Assembly: GCA_012964335.1 (NCBI GenBank)
Contig: DTUF01000047.1
Span: 13,817 to 77,816, forward strand
Direction: 5' to 3'
Origin: Candidatus Poseidoniales archaeon
Lineage (GTDB): Archaea > Thermoplasmatota > Poseidoniia > Poseidoniales > Thalassarchaeaceae
DNA: 64,000 nt
Below, in pieces: positions 35,784-46,477 of this stretch (its first letter is position 1; every line of letters begins with the position of its first letter). A model generated the notes under the pieces. The model saw only the letters and a list, made by a program, of their open reading frames with translations. It ran no database searches and was not told the DNA's origin. Both the position numbers and the translations under genes were made by a program.

Positions 35784-38700
35784 TTAATTATCGCTTTCAG
35801 TATCACTTTTTTCGTTAGAAGGTTTAGGTCTGCTAGAAGGTCTCTTGAAGCCTACAGATTCTGAAACAATTGAGTGACTTGGGATGTGTTTTTCACTCAA
35901 ATCGGTATCCATTATAGGGATGCGGTCTGAAGATTTACCCGCTCTTTCAGACGTTTTTACTGAGCGGATACTCCTTCCGCGGTATGCTGCTGGACCGATT
36001 AGCACCTCTAGTGCACGCTTTTCTTTACCCACTGGCTTGGGTCGTTTGTTCCACCATTCAACCGGTAGAGGTGAACACCGAGCGAGTGGCTGAGAGAGCA
36101 ATTGTCTCTTTCTCTTTGAAATGTTGCTGAGCACCCCCTTTTTCTCCTTCTTTGGTAATCGGACAACGAGCCATCCTGGTAGACCAAGGTCGTAGACAAT
36201 GCCGTTAATTGTTACTAGTAGTCCAGATAACAATAGATGTGTCCCAACAGGGATTTTATCTAAATCAAAACCAACCTTGAACCGCTTCAACCTCTTTGCA
36301 TAGGCAATCATGGCTTTTTGATCACGGTGTTTGATAACTCTACGTTGTTGCTTGCGGAAACGCAAGGCAAAGAAATGAAGGACCATCAGTGAGATGGAAA
36401 TTGAAACACCAATTATATCGCTAGAACTTCTATCATATGCTATTAAACCGATAATTATCCATGTTGGAAGTAATACTAACCAGTTGAATAATCTCAATAC
36501 TAGTGAAGGTGAGTACCTTGGAGTCACTCGTCTTTCTATTGCTTCGTGAGACGCGATAAATATATTCGCGGTGATTGCTTCATCTTGGCCACCTTTTGTT
36601 AGTAAAGCTGCTATTGGATTTGTCGGCGCTTCGTCAATCCATCGTCGTTTCTCTTTAGGATTCGATTCAATGATTGCAGATTCTAATTGATTAGCAGGCG
36701 CAGCAAATCCTAAAATCATGCCTAGTGCTTTAACGCGAGGGTCTTCAGGAGAACTAATTTGTAATTCTTCAAAGATGTCAAGTGCGCCAAACCAATCTCC
36801 TGTATCAATCAAACATAACGATGCAGCAATTCTTGCCTTCGTGCTGTTCGGGTTCCTTCGTATAGACTCAAGGGATAATTGTAACGCCTCATCATGTCTC
36901 CTTTCAGCGCGTAATTTTGCAACTGAACTAACCATTGCGTGTAAGGTTAATGGGTCATTATATATCGAGTCTATAGATGTTGTAGGGTCCCAGCTTAACA
37001 ACCTTTTTTGTAATTCTTGTAAATAATGTATTGCTGAACTATCTTCCCAGTCATAGAAGTCATCATTTTTCACAGACCCATCCCAAGGATCAAACCATTC
37101 TGTTACTAAGGAGAGAATTTCTGGCTCGTCATATCCTTCTGGCTGTTCAAGTCCCCGAAGGGCTTCTCTTGCTGCATCCAGTCGTCGAGATGCTATGTGT
37201 CCTGCCGCAATTATCATCCTTGCTTCATCATCTTCTCCACCTTGTTGTGCCAGTAATTTTCTTGCTACATCAATTGCTTCTGGCCACAAACCACGTAATG
37301 CACACTCTAGCATTCTCGCTCTGCTTTTTTCTAATTGGACAACAAGTTGATTTCCTTTTATTGTATCTGATTGGAATCGCCTTAATGCATCAAGGTCATC
37401 ACGGAAAGCCGCCTCCTCAACATAAGTACGCATCCAGTCACCACCACCGGCAAGAATTGCTCCCTCCCTCCTCTCGTCAGGATTTAGGTCAAATCTGAGA
37501 TTCTTCATTATATTGAATCGACTAAGACTGAGAATCCAAGTTAATAAGAAAATTGCTTGTCCTGCTGCAATGAATTGCCATGTCTCAGCAAGTAAAATCT
37601 CTTCTGATAATAATGGGGTTGAGTCACCGTACGGCATTAAATGACTAAATTCCTTATACGTTTGGAGAATAATGAGAAGAACGGAGTATCCACTAAAGCC
37701 AGCAAGGCCAAAGAATAGTACCTTGCCTTGAACATTTACTTCACTACGAATTTCACGTGCTCGGGCTAGAATAACACCACCTATTCCACCGAATGTTTGT
37801 CCTCCAAGGAATAGATTTCGTGTCAATTCAAAGATGAAAGCCAATCCAACGATTGCCACGTTGAGCATAAGATATGATGCTAGTGTTATTTCAAGAGCTT
37901 TTAACGAAATGAGCTTCTGAAGAGCGGGATTATCTTCCACATATTGATAAATTTCCCATCCAATGATTCCACCTAAGTCAAGCATTGAGTTAGCATCGAT
38001 CGGATTTTCAACTTCAACATAAACTAATGTAACAATTCCATTTATTGCGGCTAATGGCATTGTTCCTAGGAATACTACAATGAGTAATGAAGCAAGGCGT
38101 TTGAAGAAACCAGGTTTATCAGGGTCAATCGCAGTTCTCTTCCCTATCAATGTACGCCATTTGTTGATTATCAGAGTATTCCAAGAGGCACCCATAATTC
38201 TGCCGTAAGCCAGAATAGTGGGGCCCATGAATGCAAGAAGGGCAAACCCAATCCAACGTCCAAATATTTCATCGTCAGTTCCACCTCCCGATTTTTGGTA
38301 GCCTATAAAAAGAACAAAACCGGTTGCAGTTAATACCATAATTATAGTAGCGAAAGATCCGTATAATGTCTTGAATGTGGATAGATTGCCTGCTTCAGAT
38401 GTTTGTCTAGATAATTGGGCATAAAGCGTCACGAAGGGTGAGATGATTATTGGGTAAGCAACTAAAATTAGCATCATATAGATAACCGGTTCATAGAATG
38501 TTGATGGTTCAATGAGTAATTCACAGACAATTAGCAGAATACCTGTCATTGCCAATAAGTAAGCTAGTGAACCAACTGCAACTCTAGGTGCATTCAGTAA
38601 TTTCATTACTTCGCTGCGATTTTTACTCAATCGATGAACTTCATACAATCCATCATCGACTTCAAAAGCGACCTGCAAATTAGACAGAGAAAGAGGGAGT

Positions 38701-38885
38701 AACCAGCGCCACAACAACAATCCAACCATTATTGAAATCGCTAATGGGGCTAGTAAACTAGGGTCAAAAGTACCTGCGCTCACAATTGTCGGCGCCGCAC
38801 TTACAAGAGGTAGAAATAAGGTCGTCAGAATGAAGGAAACCAATGAGAAAGACACGGTGGTCCCTATGCTTCGACCTCCAGCCAT
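35784..38885 (-). CDS. Large polytopic membrane protein with a central TPR-like soluble region
   Basis: About 10 N-terminal hydrophobic helices. A central helical-repeat region ('EAIDVARKLLAQQGGEDDEARMIIAAGHIASRRLDAAREALRGL', 'HDEALQLSLESIRRNPNSTKARIAASLCLIDTGDWFGALDIFEEL'). More TM helices, then a basic tail. Confidence 0.55.
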   Translation of the reverse strand: MAGGRSIGTTVSFSLVSFILTTLFLPLVSAAPTIVSAGTFDPSLLAPLAISIMVGLLLWRWLLPLSLSNLQVAFEVDDGLYEVHRLSKNRSEVMKLLNAPRVAVGSLAYLLAMTGILLIVCELLIEPSTFYEPVIYMMLILVAYPIIISPFVTLYAQLSRQTSEAGNLSTFKTLYGSFATIIMVLTATGFVLFIGYQKSGGGTDDEIFGRWIGFALLAFMGPTILAYGRIMGASWNTLIINKWRTLIGKRTAIDPDKPGFFKRLASLLIVVFLGTMPLAAINGIVTLVYVEVENPIDANSMLDLGGIIGWEIYQYVEDNPALQKLISLKALEITLASYLMLNVAIVGLAFIFELTRNLFLGGQTFGGIGGVILARAREIRSEVNVQGKVLFFGLAGFSGYSVLLIILQTYKEFSHLMPYGDSTPLLSEEILLAETWQFIAAGQAIFLLTWILSLSRFNIMKNLRFDLNPDERREGAILAGGGDWMRTYVEEAAFRDDLDALRRFQSDTIKGNQLVVQLEKSRARMLECALRGLWPEAIDVARKLLAQQGGEDDEARMIIAAGHIASRRLDAAREALRGLEQPEGYDEPEILSLVTEWFDPWDGSVKNDDFYDWEDSSAIHYLQELQKRLLSWDPTTSIDSIYNDPLTLHAMVSSVAKLRAERRHDEALQLSLESIRRNPNSTKARIAASLCLIDTGDWFGALDIFEELQISSPEDPRVKALGMILGFAAPANQLESAIIESNPKEKRRWIDEAPTNPIAALLTKGGQDEAITANIFIASHEAIERRVTPRYSPSLVLRLFNWLVLLPTWIIIGLIAYDRSSSDIIGVSISISLMVLHFFALRFRKQQRRVIKHRDQKAMIAYAKRLKRFKVGFDLDKIPVGTHLLLSGLLVTINGIVYDLGLPGWLVVRLPKKEKKGVLSNISKRKRQLLSQPLARCSPLPVEWWNKRPKPVGKEKRALEVLIGPAAYRGRSIRSVKTSERAGKSSDRIPIMDTDLSEKHIPSHSIVSESVGFKRPSSRPKPSNEKSDTESDN

Positions 38886-38974
38886 AACATGGTCTGCGGG
38901 GTCTCAGTTCTAATCGGTTGTGCCGTTCAGGGTCCTAAGACCCTGAGTGTTTCAGTTCATGAGATTGGATAGAA

Positions 38975-40189
38975 TCAACTGCTGGATAGGAATCTTTCAA
39001 TTCTATCAAATGCGTCTTCCAATACCTCAATATCAGGTAAGTAAACCATTCTTACGAAGCCTTTCCCGAATTCTGGGCTGAACCCAGAACCGTGAACCAT
39101 GAGCACTTTTTCTTGATGCAATAAGTCGAGGACAAATTGCTTGTCATCTTGTTTCCATCGTGGATGTGTTAATTCAATGAATAAGTAAAACGCACCACCT
39201 GGAGTCTGAGCACGTAAACCTTCTATAGATGAAATACGTTGCATACAATAGTCTCTCTGTTGCAATAATTTCTGTCGATATGAATCCATCCAACCATCAT
39301 CTGATGAAAGTCCAGCAAGGTAACCCATTTGAGCAGGTGTTGAGGCACAAAGACGAGAGCGTAAGAGCCTCTCAATTCCGTCTCTTATCAATGACAATCT
39401 ATTGGCTGGGTCGTAGAACGCCATGTATCCAATTCTCCAACCAGGGGCATAGTAGACTTTGCTTACACCATTCATCGTCAGCACTGGGACAGAACTTCCT
39501 GCTGACGTAGCTGCACCTGCCATCGAGATATGGTTACCCTCAAAATTCAAACCGTCGTATATCTCGTCAGCAATAATAATGCAATTTGGCCATTCTGATG
39601 CAATCTCTAAAATACCTGAAATAATCCTTTCATCTGCAATACCGCCGGTTGGATTATTCGGGTTAATTAGCACAATCAGTCGGACTGAATCGTCCATTTT
39701 TGACCGGATATCATCAAGGTCTGGATACCATCCATTCTGTGAATCCATTCGATATTCAACTGTACTACCCCCAAATAGAGGTGGATATGTCATGTATGGC
39801 GGGTAGTGGGGACCAGGTGAGAGTACTTTGTCGCCTTCTTGAAGGACTGCAGCAAACACGATTTGTAAAGCTTCAGTTACTCCATGGCAAACATAAACAT
39901 CGTCTTCTGTACATTCCCAACCCTTGTTTTGCTCGCTAGTTGCTATTCCTTGGCGCAGTAAAGGAATCCCATATGAGTGGGAATAGCCATTTTCTTGTCG
40001 TTCTAATGACTCTTGAAATGCTTTTATCATGTGGGTAGGGGTAGGTAGACCTGGATATGCTAGCGGGTCTCCGATGTTCAGTTTTAGAATCTTATGACCT
40101 TGTTTTTCAAGTTCTGTTGCGGGCACAACAACATCCCGAATTGCATATTCAATCTGGGCTGCTCTTTTGGCTACTGGGATTGGATCCAT
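38975..40189 (-). CDS. Class I/II PLP-dependent aminotransferase (alanine/aspartate aminotransferase-like)
   Basis: 'LINPNNPTG', 'IIADEIYDGL', 'NGVSKVYYAPGWRIGY' (PLP-lysine context), 'CASTPAQ'. Confidence 0.8.
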   Translation of the reverse strand: MDPIPVAKRAAQIEYAIRDVVVPATELEKQGHKILKLNIGDPLAYPGLPTPTHMIKAFQESLERQENGYSHSYGIPLLRQGIATSEQNKGWECTEDDVYVCHGVTEALQIVFAAVLQEGDKVLSPGPHYPPYMTYPPLFGGSTVEYRMDSQNGWYPDLDDIRSKMDDSVRLIVLINPNNPTGGIADERIISGILEIASEWPNCIIIADEIYDGLNFEGNHISMAGAATSAGSSVPVLTMNGVSKVYYAPGWRIGYMAFYDPANRLSLIRDGIERLLRSRLCASTPAQMGYLAGLSSDDGWMDSYRQKLLQQRDYCMQRISSIEGLRAQTPGGAFYLFIELTHPRWKQDDKQFVLDLLHQEKVLMVHGSGFSPEFGKGFVRMVYLPDIEVLEDAFDRIERFLSSS

Positions 40190-40226
40190 ATCGTTTCCTC
40201 ATTCAGTCTCAGACGGGGGTTATTTG

Positions 40227-40703
40227 TCACATTGTCGCTTGGTTGATTTCAGCCATTTTACAAATTTCATCAAAGTATTTCTGTGGTACTGGTTGAACAC
40301 TTAGGCGTTGGCCCTTCTGTAATAATGGCATTCCTTCTAATTTTGGATTTTGTTTCAGGTCAGGTAGACCAAGGGTTTGCTTAAAACCGATTATTGGTTC
40401 AATATCAACCATACACCAACGTGGGTTATCGGCAGATGACTTAGGGTCAAAATAATTTGATTTCTCATCATGAGCAGTGAAGTCAGTATATCCTTCCTTA
40501 CAAACTCGCGCAACTCCAGCTATGTGTGGGGGTTTGCAGTTTGAATGATAAAATAGAACTAGGTCGCCAATCTTCATACTATCTCGCATGAAATTACGAG
40601 CCTGATAATTTCTTACACCATCCCAGTGGGTTTCCCCATCCTTGACTAATTGTCCCCACGGGTAGACATCGGGCTCACTTTTCATCAACCAATAGTTCAC
40701 CAT
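40227..40703 (-). CDS. EVE (PUA-like) domain protein
   Basis: 'NYWLMKSEPDVYPWGQL...THWDGVRNYQARNFMRDSMKIGDLVLFYHSN' is the canonical EVE/THYN1-like N-terminus. The 158-aa length fits. Confidence 0.8.
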   Translation of the reverse strand: MVNYWLMKSEPDVYPWGQLVKDGETHWDGVRNYQARNFMRDSMKIGDLVLFYHSNCKPPHIAGVARVCKEGYTDFTAHDEKSNYFDPKSSADNPRWCMVDIEPIIGFKQTLGLPDLKQNPKLEGMPLLQKGQRLSVQPVPQKYFDEICKMAEINQATM

Positions 40704-40752
40704 TGTTTACTCGTGAGGGGTTTGGGTCTATGGCCTACGCGATAGATTGTAT

Positions 40753-43737
40753 TCACCACACGTCATGGTCTGTTCGGTGAGTTGGGGCGGCCAATACAAC
40801 TTCCTCATCCTCTCCTTTTTCAATTAAGCGTGCAGCTCTAATCATTGAAGCAGAGCCTCCCACAAGTCCAACTCCACTTTTAATCATCAAAGAAAAAATT
40901 GCTGGTAACAGCAACAATGCTGAAGAGGCAGCTACAATCAATAGAATGATGATAACTTTGACGAAGGGTTTCAGCGCCGGTATCGGAATGAAGAAAGCTG
41001 TCGCTAATCCAGCACAGGTTACCACTACTGCTTCAATCAATGACATTCCAGTGGTTGTACAGGCTTCTCTAACTGCCTCAATAGTACCTCCATTTTCCTT
41101 CACGCGATTGGCAATATGAATACTGAAATCAATCCCTACACCAACTAAAATTGAGCCAATCATGACCGTAACTAGTGAAAGGGTTACGTCCATCTGTTGC
41201 ATCACTAACCATTGCATTGATACGGTAAACAATACTGGTATTGTAGTCAATAATGCATATCTAGGGTCTCTGAATACAATTGCTAGTGTGAACAGAGTTG
41301 CAGCCAATGCAAATCCAAGAGATGTCCATTGTGAACCGACAATTAAATCATTCACAGCGATTGTAACAGCGGCTACGCCGATAAGTTGTGAAGATGCGAT
41401 TCCACCAGGATAATTCTGCTCTGCATAAATGTTGACTTCATCAACTGCGGCTTGAGTATCCTGAACATTCATGAAAGGCATATCAATGTAAATCAAACTC
41501 CTCTGGTACGTTTCGTTAATGAACAATTGACGTGTCTCTTGAGTTAGTGACGCATAAAAGACATCAAGTAAGAAAATCTGGACCCGTTTATTTGCGTCAT
41601 CTTCTGTATTGAATGTTGTCAATACCCTCCAGAATGTCGCATCTTGTTCCTCTTCTCTGTCAAATATTACATGGCAGACTTCTTCACCGGTACCCGCAGG
41701 AAGTAAATTACAGAAGGGCATGATAGAAGTCCCAGATAAATTGACTGATACACCTACAGATTTCATAAGGAAAACGATGCTAACTGCGTTAGTTTTGTCA
41801 ACCCGATCAGTCCTATTTTCCAACATTTCAATATCTTGTAGTTTAGCGAATGGGTCATCGTTTTCCGTTGAATCATCATCTCGATCCCCTGCAATCGCAC
41901 CATGAATTAACAACATTCCAATTTGGCCAGCGTTGAATTCTTCGCTGTATTGTTTCATCTTCATAATAGGTGGTTGCCCTTGGGGTGCCATGTCTAGCAG
42001 GTCAATATTTTCTTCAACTTGCGGCCTAGCCCAAACAGCCGAAACTAGCATTAAAATAATGAAAACGCTAATGGTAGTTTTCGCCCAATTAATCGGTTGT
42101 TCAACTACGAATTCAATTATCTTAGGAGGGGGGTGACTTGGTTTTTTCAGATCTAATAACATTGTGAGGTTTGGTACCATCACCATAGTCAGTATATACA
42201 CAATCACGATTCCACCTCCGAGTGCTATTCCAACAGTTTTAATCGGAGCCATCGGAGTAATAACCAGTGAAATGAATCCTATTACAGTTGTAATCGCAGA
42301 CAATAATACTGCTTTTCCTGTTGATTGAATTGCTATTGCCATTTTATCTTGAGGTGTCCCAGACTCCTCCGCATATCTATTGGTGATGTGCAACCCATAT
42401 GATACACCCAGCGCAAGTAATATCGGACCAACAATGATAACAGTCATAGTCACCTCATAGTCAAGATAACCAATAATTCCCAAAGTCCACCATACTGAGC
42501 ACAAGGTAGGTAGGCCAGAAATAATGACTACCTTAATTCCTTGAATGATTCTTACTCTACCTGTTTGAATCAAATCAGAATGGAAGAGGAATAGGCCAAA
42601 GGCCACTGCAACGACACCCATTGGGAAAATTTGCCAAAACAGAACGAACGAATATTTTGTCACAGAATTAGTGATTGGTACAGGGCCTGTCAGGGTCATG
42701 GTAAGGCCTAGACATTGAGGTGCAGTACCATTTTGTCCATCAGGTCTATCCTCGCAAGCCGAGGTATCTTCATTCCAATTATTTTCAAATGAGGTCTGTT
42801 CAATCCAGCATTCTGTATACGTTATTATGTCAGTGTAAGCTTCAACCTCCCGCTGCCCCCCTGATTTACAGACATCGGGAATTTCTGATGCATGGAAACC
42901 AGTATCAACAACTCCTACGACTATTACCGCCCGATTTGGAAATCCTACTTTTGATAAGGCACCTGCCCCAACATCACGATAGAGTTTATCTTTAGCATTT
43001 GGTGGTAATTCTCCAATGATTTGGTTTACACGGTTTTGGTCATCTGGTATGCTGTATCCACCTAATGTGTCACCTAGGTCATCTATTTGGTCGTTGATTT
43101 GTTGTGAAAGGTTATCTCCACCGAGCGCATTCGTGACGAACGCCTTTGCAACTCGTGGTGCTGACGAATTTACCTCTTTAACGACGGTAGATATTGATAA
43201 AATATAGATAATTCCATCTTGGTCACCGCCATCTGAAACAACTTTGTTTAATTGTCGTTCTATATTGTCAAGTTGTTTGAGAATCTCAACATTTGTGACC
43301 CCTTGGTTTTCCGATTCAACATAGATAATCATCGCATTTGTTGTCCAATCTTCTTCTATTGTTGCTAAATCTTCCTTGACTGTTGAGCCTTCTGGGAGAT
43401 AAACCTCCAAGTCACCATTGACATTTAATGAGGCTGTCCCGGTCCACTTGTCAAGAATACCAGAATGAAACAAAAAGAACATTGTGATTAATACACATAG
43501 TCCAACAGTAGGAGCTGGGAATCGAGTTAGAGAACCAAACACGGTCATTTTTCGGAGTTCTTTTTGAAGCCTCCTAGGCGCATCCATTATTGCTTCAATT
43601 GCAGATTCAGAATCAAAGTCACTGAGTTTACTTTTGACGATACTGGTGGTAGAACTTATTTTTCCAGTAAGTCCTGAAATGGGTTGTTTCTTGGGCACCC
43701 TTCCATCTCCGCCTTCTTTAGAGATGTCAGCCACCAT
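40753..43737 (-). CDS. RND-superfamily exporter (MMPL/HpnN-like, two 6-TM halves)
   Basis: Two blocks of ~6 TM helices, each preceded by a large extracytoplasmic loop. Sterol-sensing/MMPL-like 'GVSYGLHITNRY' and 'GVGIDFSIHIANRV'. Confidence 0.65.
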   Translation of the reverse strand: MVADISKEGGDGRVPKKQPISGLTGKISSTTSIVKSKLSDFDSESAIEAIMDAPRRLQKELRKMTVFGSLTRFPAPTVGLCVLITMFFLFHSGILDKWTGTASLNVNGDLEVYLPEGSTVKEDLATIEEDWTTNAMIIYVESENQGVTNVEILKQLDNIERQLNKVVSDGGDQDGIIYILSISTVVKEVNSSAPRVAKAFVTNALGGDNLSQQINDQIDDLGDTLGGYSIPDDQNRVNQIIGELPPNAKDKLYRDVGAGALSKVGFPNRAVIVVGVVDTGFHASEIPDVCKSGGQREVEAYTDIITYTECWIEQTSFENNWNEDTSACEDRPDGQNGTAPQCLGLTMTLTGPVPITNSVTKYSFVLFWQIFPMGVVAVAFGLFLFHSDLIQTGRVRIIQGIKVVIISGLPTLCSVWWTLGIIGYLDYEVTMTVIIVGPILLALGVSYGLHITNRYAEESGTPQDKMAIAIQSTGKAVLLSAITTVIGFISLVITPMAPIKTVGIALGGGIVIVYILTMVMVPNLTMLLDLKKPSHPPPKIIEFVVEQPINWAKTTISVFIILMLVSAVWARPQVEENIDLLDMAPQGQPPIMKMKQYSEEFNAGQIGMLLIHGAIAGDRDDDSTENDDPFAKLQDIEMLENRTDRVDKTNAVSIVFLMKSVGVSVNLSGTSIMPFCNLLPAGTGEEVCHVIFDREEEQDATFWRVLTTFNTEDDANKRVQIFLLDVFYASLTQETRQLFINETYQRSLIYIDMPFMNVQDTQAAVDEVNIYAEQNYPGGIASSQLIGVAAVTIAVNDLIVGSQWTSLGFALAATLFTLAIVFRDPRYALLTTIPVLFTVSMQWLVMQQMDVTLSLVTVMIGSILVGVGIDFSIHIANRVKENGGTIEAVREACTTTGMSLIEAVVVTCAGLATAFFIPIPALKPFVKVIIILLIVAASSALLLLPAIFSLMIKSGVGLVGGSASMIRAARLIEKGEDEEVVLAAPTHRTDHDVW

Positions 43738-43955
43738 ACGGCGCTGCCAACACCCTCCTTTAATATCTCAGCCAAAAGTATACAGATTAGCATGATTGGA
43801 TACCCCTCAAAATTTTCCGAATTGTTTAATCGTTGGATTTCAGAAGTTATAGTGAGGTCGTTTCATAAAGCGGTATCCTCATGAATGGTGACTTAACGCC
43901 CTTAGCCTGAGGATGCTTGCTGTTGACGTGTGAGAGGGCCTTGGTGGGATAATTA

Positions 43956-46445
43956 ATGGCAGATCCGCGTATTACCGATAAGCGATGGACAATTGACTTA
44001 GAAAAGCGGATTCAAGAAGAACACTATGCCGACCAAGATGCATACAATACTCGCTATGGATTTAATCCCAAATCAGAAAAAGAACTCTTTGTGATTGATA
44101 CACCCCCTCCTTATCCTAGTGGGACGTGGCATATTGGGGCTGTTGCTCAATATTCTATGATAGATGTGATTGCTAGAAGTCAGCGCTTGATGGGAAAAGA
44201 GGTATACTTTCCTTGGGGTGTAGATAGAAACGGAATCAACATTGAATTTACTGTTGAGAAAAATACAGGTAGAAAGATGAAAACTTACGACCGAGCAGAG
44301 TTCCTCAAATTATGTGAAGAAACTATCGAAGAATTCACTCAAGAAATGAGGGAAACCGCAAGTAGAGTTGGTTTATCTTGTGATTTTGCTAAAGAATACC
44401 TTACAGATTCTCCGGAATATCGTGCAGTCACACAGGCTATCTTCGTTGATTTATTTAAGCGGGGGGAAATTGTTGAAGATTTGCGTCCTAATATTTATGA
44501 CCCGGTTGAAGGAACTACCATTGCAGATGCAGAAGTTGAGAGATTGCAGAGGATGACACAACTTGTTGATGTCAAGTGGACAACTGAAAGTGGGGAAGAT
44601 ATTGCAATCTCTACTACTCGTCCAGAATTAATTTGTGCCTGTGGAGTTGTAATAGTACACCCAGATGATGAAAGATATCTGAATCTTGTTGGTCAACAAG
44701 TTCACTTGCCTGTTGAAGTAAATGGGAGAGGAACTAGTGTTGAAATTAGAGCTCACCCCTCTGTTAAATCCGATTTTGGTTCCGGTGTTTTGATGGTTTG
44801 TTCATTCGGCGACCAGAATGATGTTACTGTTTTCAGGGAATTAGGATTGATCCCATTCCAAGCAATCGGCTTAGATGGCTGTATGACTGAAATCAGCGGA
44901 CCATTGGTTGGAATGTCAGTTATTGAGGCACGCAAAACTGCAATTGACAGGCTTGAGGCTGATGGTAGAATTTTATCAGTGGAGGACCGTCAGCAAGAAG
45001 TTCCAGTTTCAGAGAGGGGGAAAAATCCGGTTGAAATTATTTTATTGAAGGAATGGTACATTCGTCAAACCCACAAACAGGAGAGGATTGCCGAATTAGC
45101 TGATGAAATCAATTTCACTCCTCCTCGCAACAAACAATTTCTCTTAGATTGGATGGAAAACATCTCAATTGATTGGCCAATTAGTAGGAGACGTTGGTAT
45201 CATACTGAGATTCCTATTTGGTATTCAGAAGACAAACAGAAAGTCATTGTTCCACCAGTTGGTACCTATGTTCAACCTTGGCGAGAGCCCCCTCCTCCAA
45301 ATTCAAGAGTATTAGATAGAGAAACCAAGGAAGACTTAGGTGATTGGTCTGAGATGAGGAAAAGCCTTGGTAAAATTCAAGGTGAAGAAAAAGTATTCGA
45401 CACTTGGATGGATTCCTCTAATTCGAATCTTTTCGTTTCAGGATATCTTAATGATAACGACACATTTGAACGCGCATTCCCGACAGGTCTTCGTCCTCAA
45501 GGAAAAGAAATTGTCCGCACATGGCTGTATTACACTTTGTTGAAATCTGCACTGCTATTCGATAAACCGGGTTTCAAGAATGTTTGGATTGATGGATTAG
45601 GTATGGACCCCTGGGGACGAAAGATGTCGAAGTCATTAGGGAATGGAATTGACGCAAATTCAGTTTTAGAATGTGGAGCAGGTGGAAGGACCGGCTCATG
45701 GAAGGTCAAAGGTCCAAATAAAACGGTAAACCTGAAAGCCAACAAGATTGGATCAGAATGTTTCCGATTGTGGAAGGCTTGTGATGCACAGGTTGGTGAT
45801 GACTTCCAAATCAATCCTGAAGAAATTGAGTCCAAGTATTACGGCGTGCTTACTAAATTATTCAACGTGGCTCGTTTTGCAAGCCAGTTTGAAGTCCCTG
45901 AAGATTTAGACACAGTCCCATCAGAATTGAGTATTTCAGAGCGTTGGATATTATCAGAATTCGCTGAGGTAAACCTAACAGTTAGAGACGCTTGGGGAAA
46001 TATAGATATCTATACTGCGGCTCAATCTATCAAGAATTTTGGAACTGGTGTGTTCCCAAGTCATTGGCTTGAAATGGCAAAAACTAGGCTATACAATGGT
46101 GACACGGGGGCTGCCTGGACAGTTCATCGAATTGTACGTGATTTGCTGACGATGTTTAGCCCTATTTGCCCATTCCTTTGCCACCACCTTTCATCTACAC
46201 TTTATGAAGAATCAGCAGTTGATGTTCGTAAATTCCCCAGTCTTCCGATTAGTGAATTAGGAAATGGAGATTTAGGCGATGGATTACGTCGATTAACTAC
46301 AATAATTACAGATTTTAATTCAGATGTATGGGCTGCAAAGAACGAAGCTGGACTTGGTCGAGGGAAACCAATTTCTGGTATTGAGATCCCAGCAGAATTA
46401 GAGGAGTTTAGCAGTCATCTAATTACAATGCATAAACTCGAATAA
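43956..46445 (+). CDS. valS: Valyl-tRNA synthetase
   Basis: 'VIDTPPPYPSGTWHIGAVAQYSMIDVIARSQRLMG' (archaeal ValRS 'IDTPPPYPTGRLHLGHA...D.IARY.RM.G'), editing-domain 'ISTTRPELI...VIVHPDDERY', and 'KMSKSLGNG'. Confidence 0.8.
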   Translation: MADPRITDKRWTIDLEKRIQEEHYADQDAYNTRYGFNPKSEKELFVIDTPPPYPSGTWHIGAVAQYSMIDVIARSQRLMGKEVYFPWGVDRNGINIEFTVEKNTGRKMKTYDRAEFLKLCEETIEEFTQEMRETASRVGLSCDFAKEYLTDSPEYRAVTQAIFVDLFKRGEIVEDLRPNIYDPVEGTTIADAEVERLQRMTQLVDVKWTTESGEDIAISTTRPELICACGVVIVHPDDERYLNLVGQQVHLPVEVNGRGTSVEIRAHPSVKSDFGSGVLMVCSFGDQNDVTVFRELGLIPFQAIGLDGCMTEISGPLVGMSVIEARKTAIDRLEADGRILSVEDRQQEVPVSERGKNPVEIILLKEWYIRQTHKQERIAELADEINFTPPRNKQFLLDWMENISIDWPISRRRWYHTEIPIWYSEDKQKVIVPPVGTYVQPWREPPPPNSRVLDRETKEDLGDWSEMRKSLGKIQGEEKVFDTWMDSSNSNLFVSGYLNDNDTFERAFPTGLRPQGKEIVRTWLYYTLLKSALLFDKPGFKNVWIDGLGMDPWGRKMSKSLGNGIDANSVLECGAGGRTGSWKVKGPNKTVNLKANKIGSECFRLWKACDAQVGDDFQINPEEIESKYYGVLTKLFNVARFASQFEVPEDLDTVPSELSISERWILSEFAEVNLTVRDAWGNIDIYTAAQSIKNFGTGVFPSHWLEMAKTRLYNGDTGAAWTVHRIVRDLLTMFSPICPFLCHHLSSTLYEESAVDVRKFPSLPISELGNGDLGDGLRRLTTIITDFNSDVWAAKNEAGLGRGKPISGIEIPAELEEFSSHLITMHKLE

Positions 46446-46477
46446 TCAAATTGATTAGGCAATAATTACGATTATAA

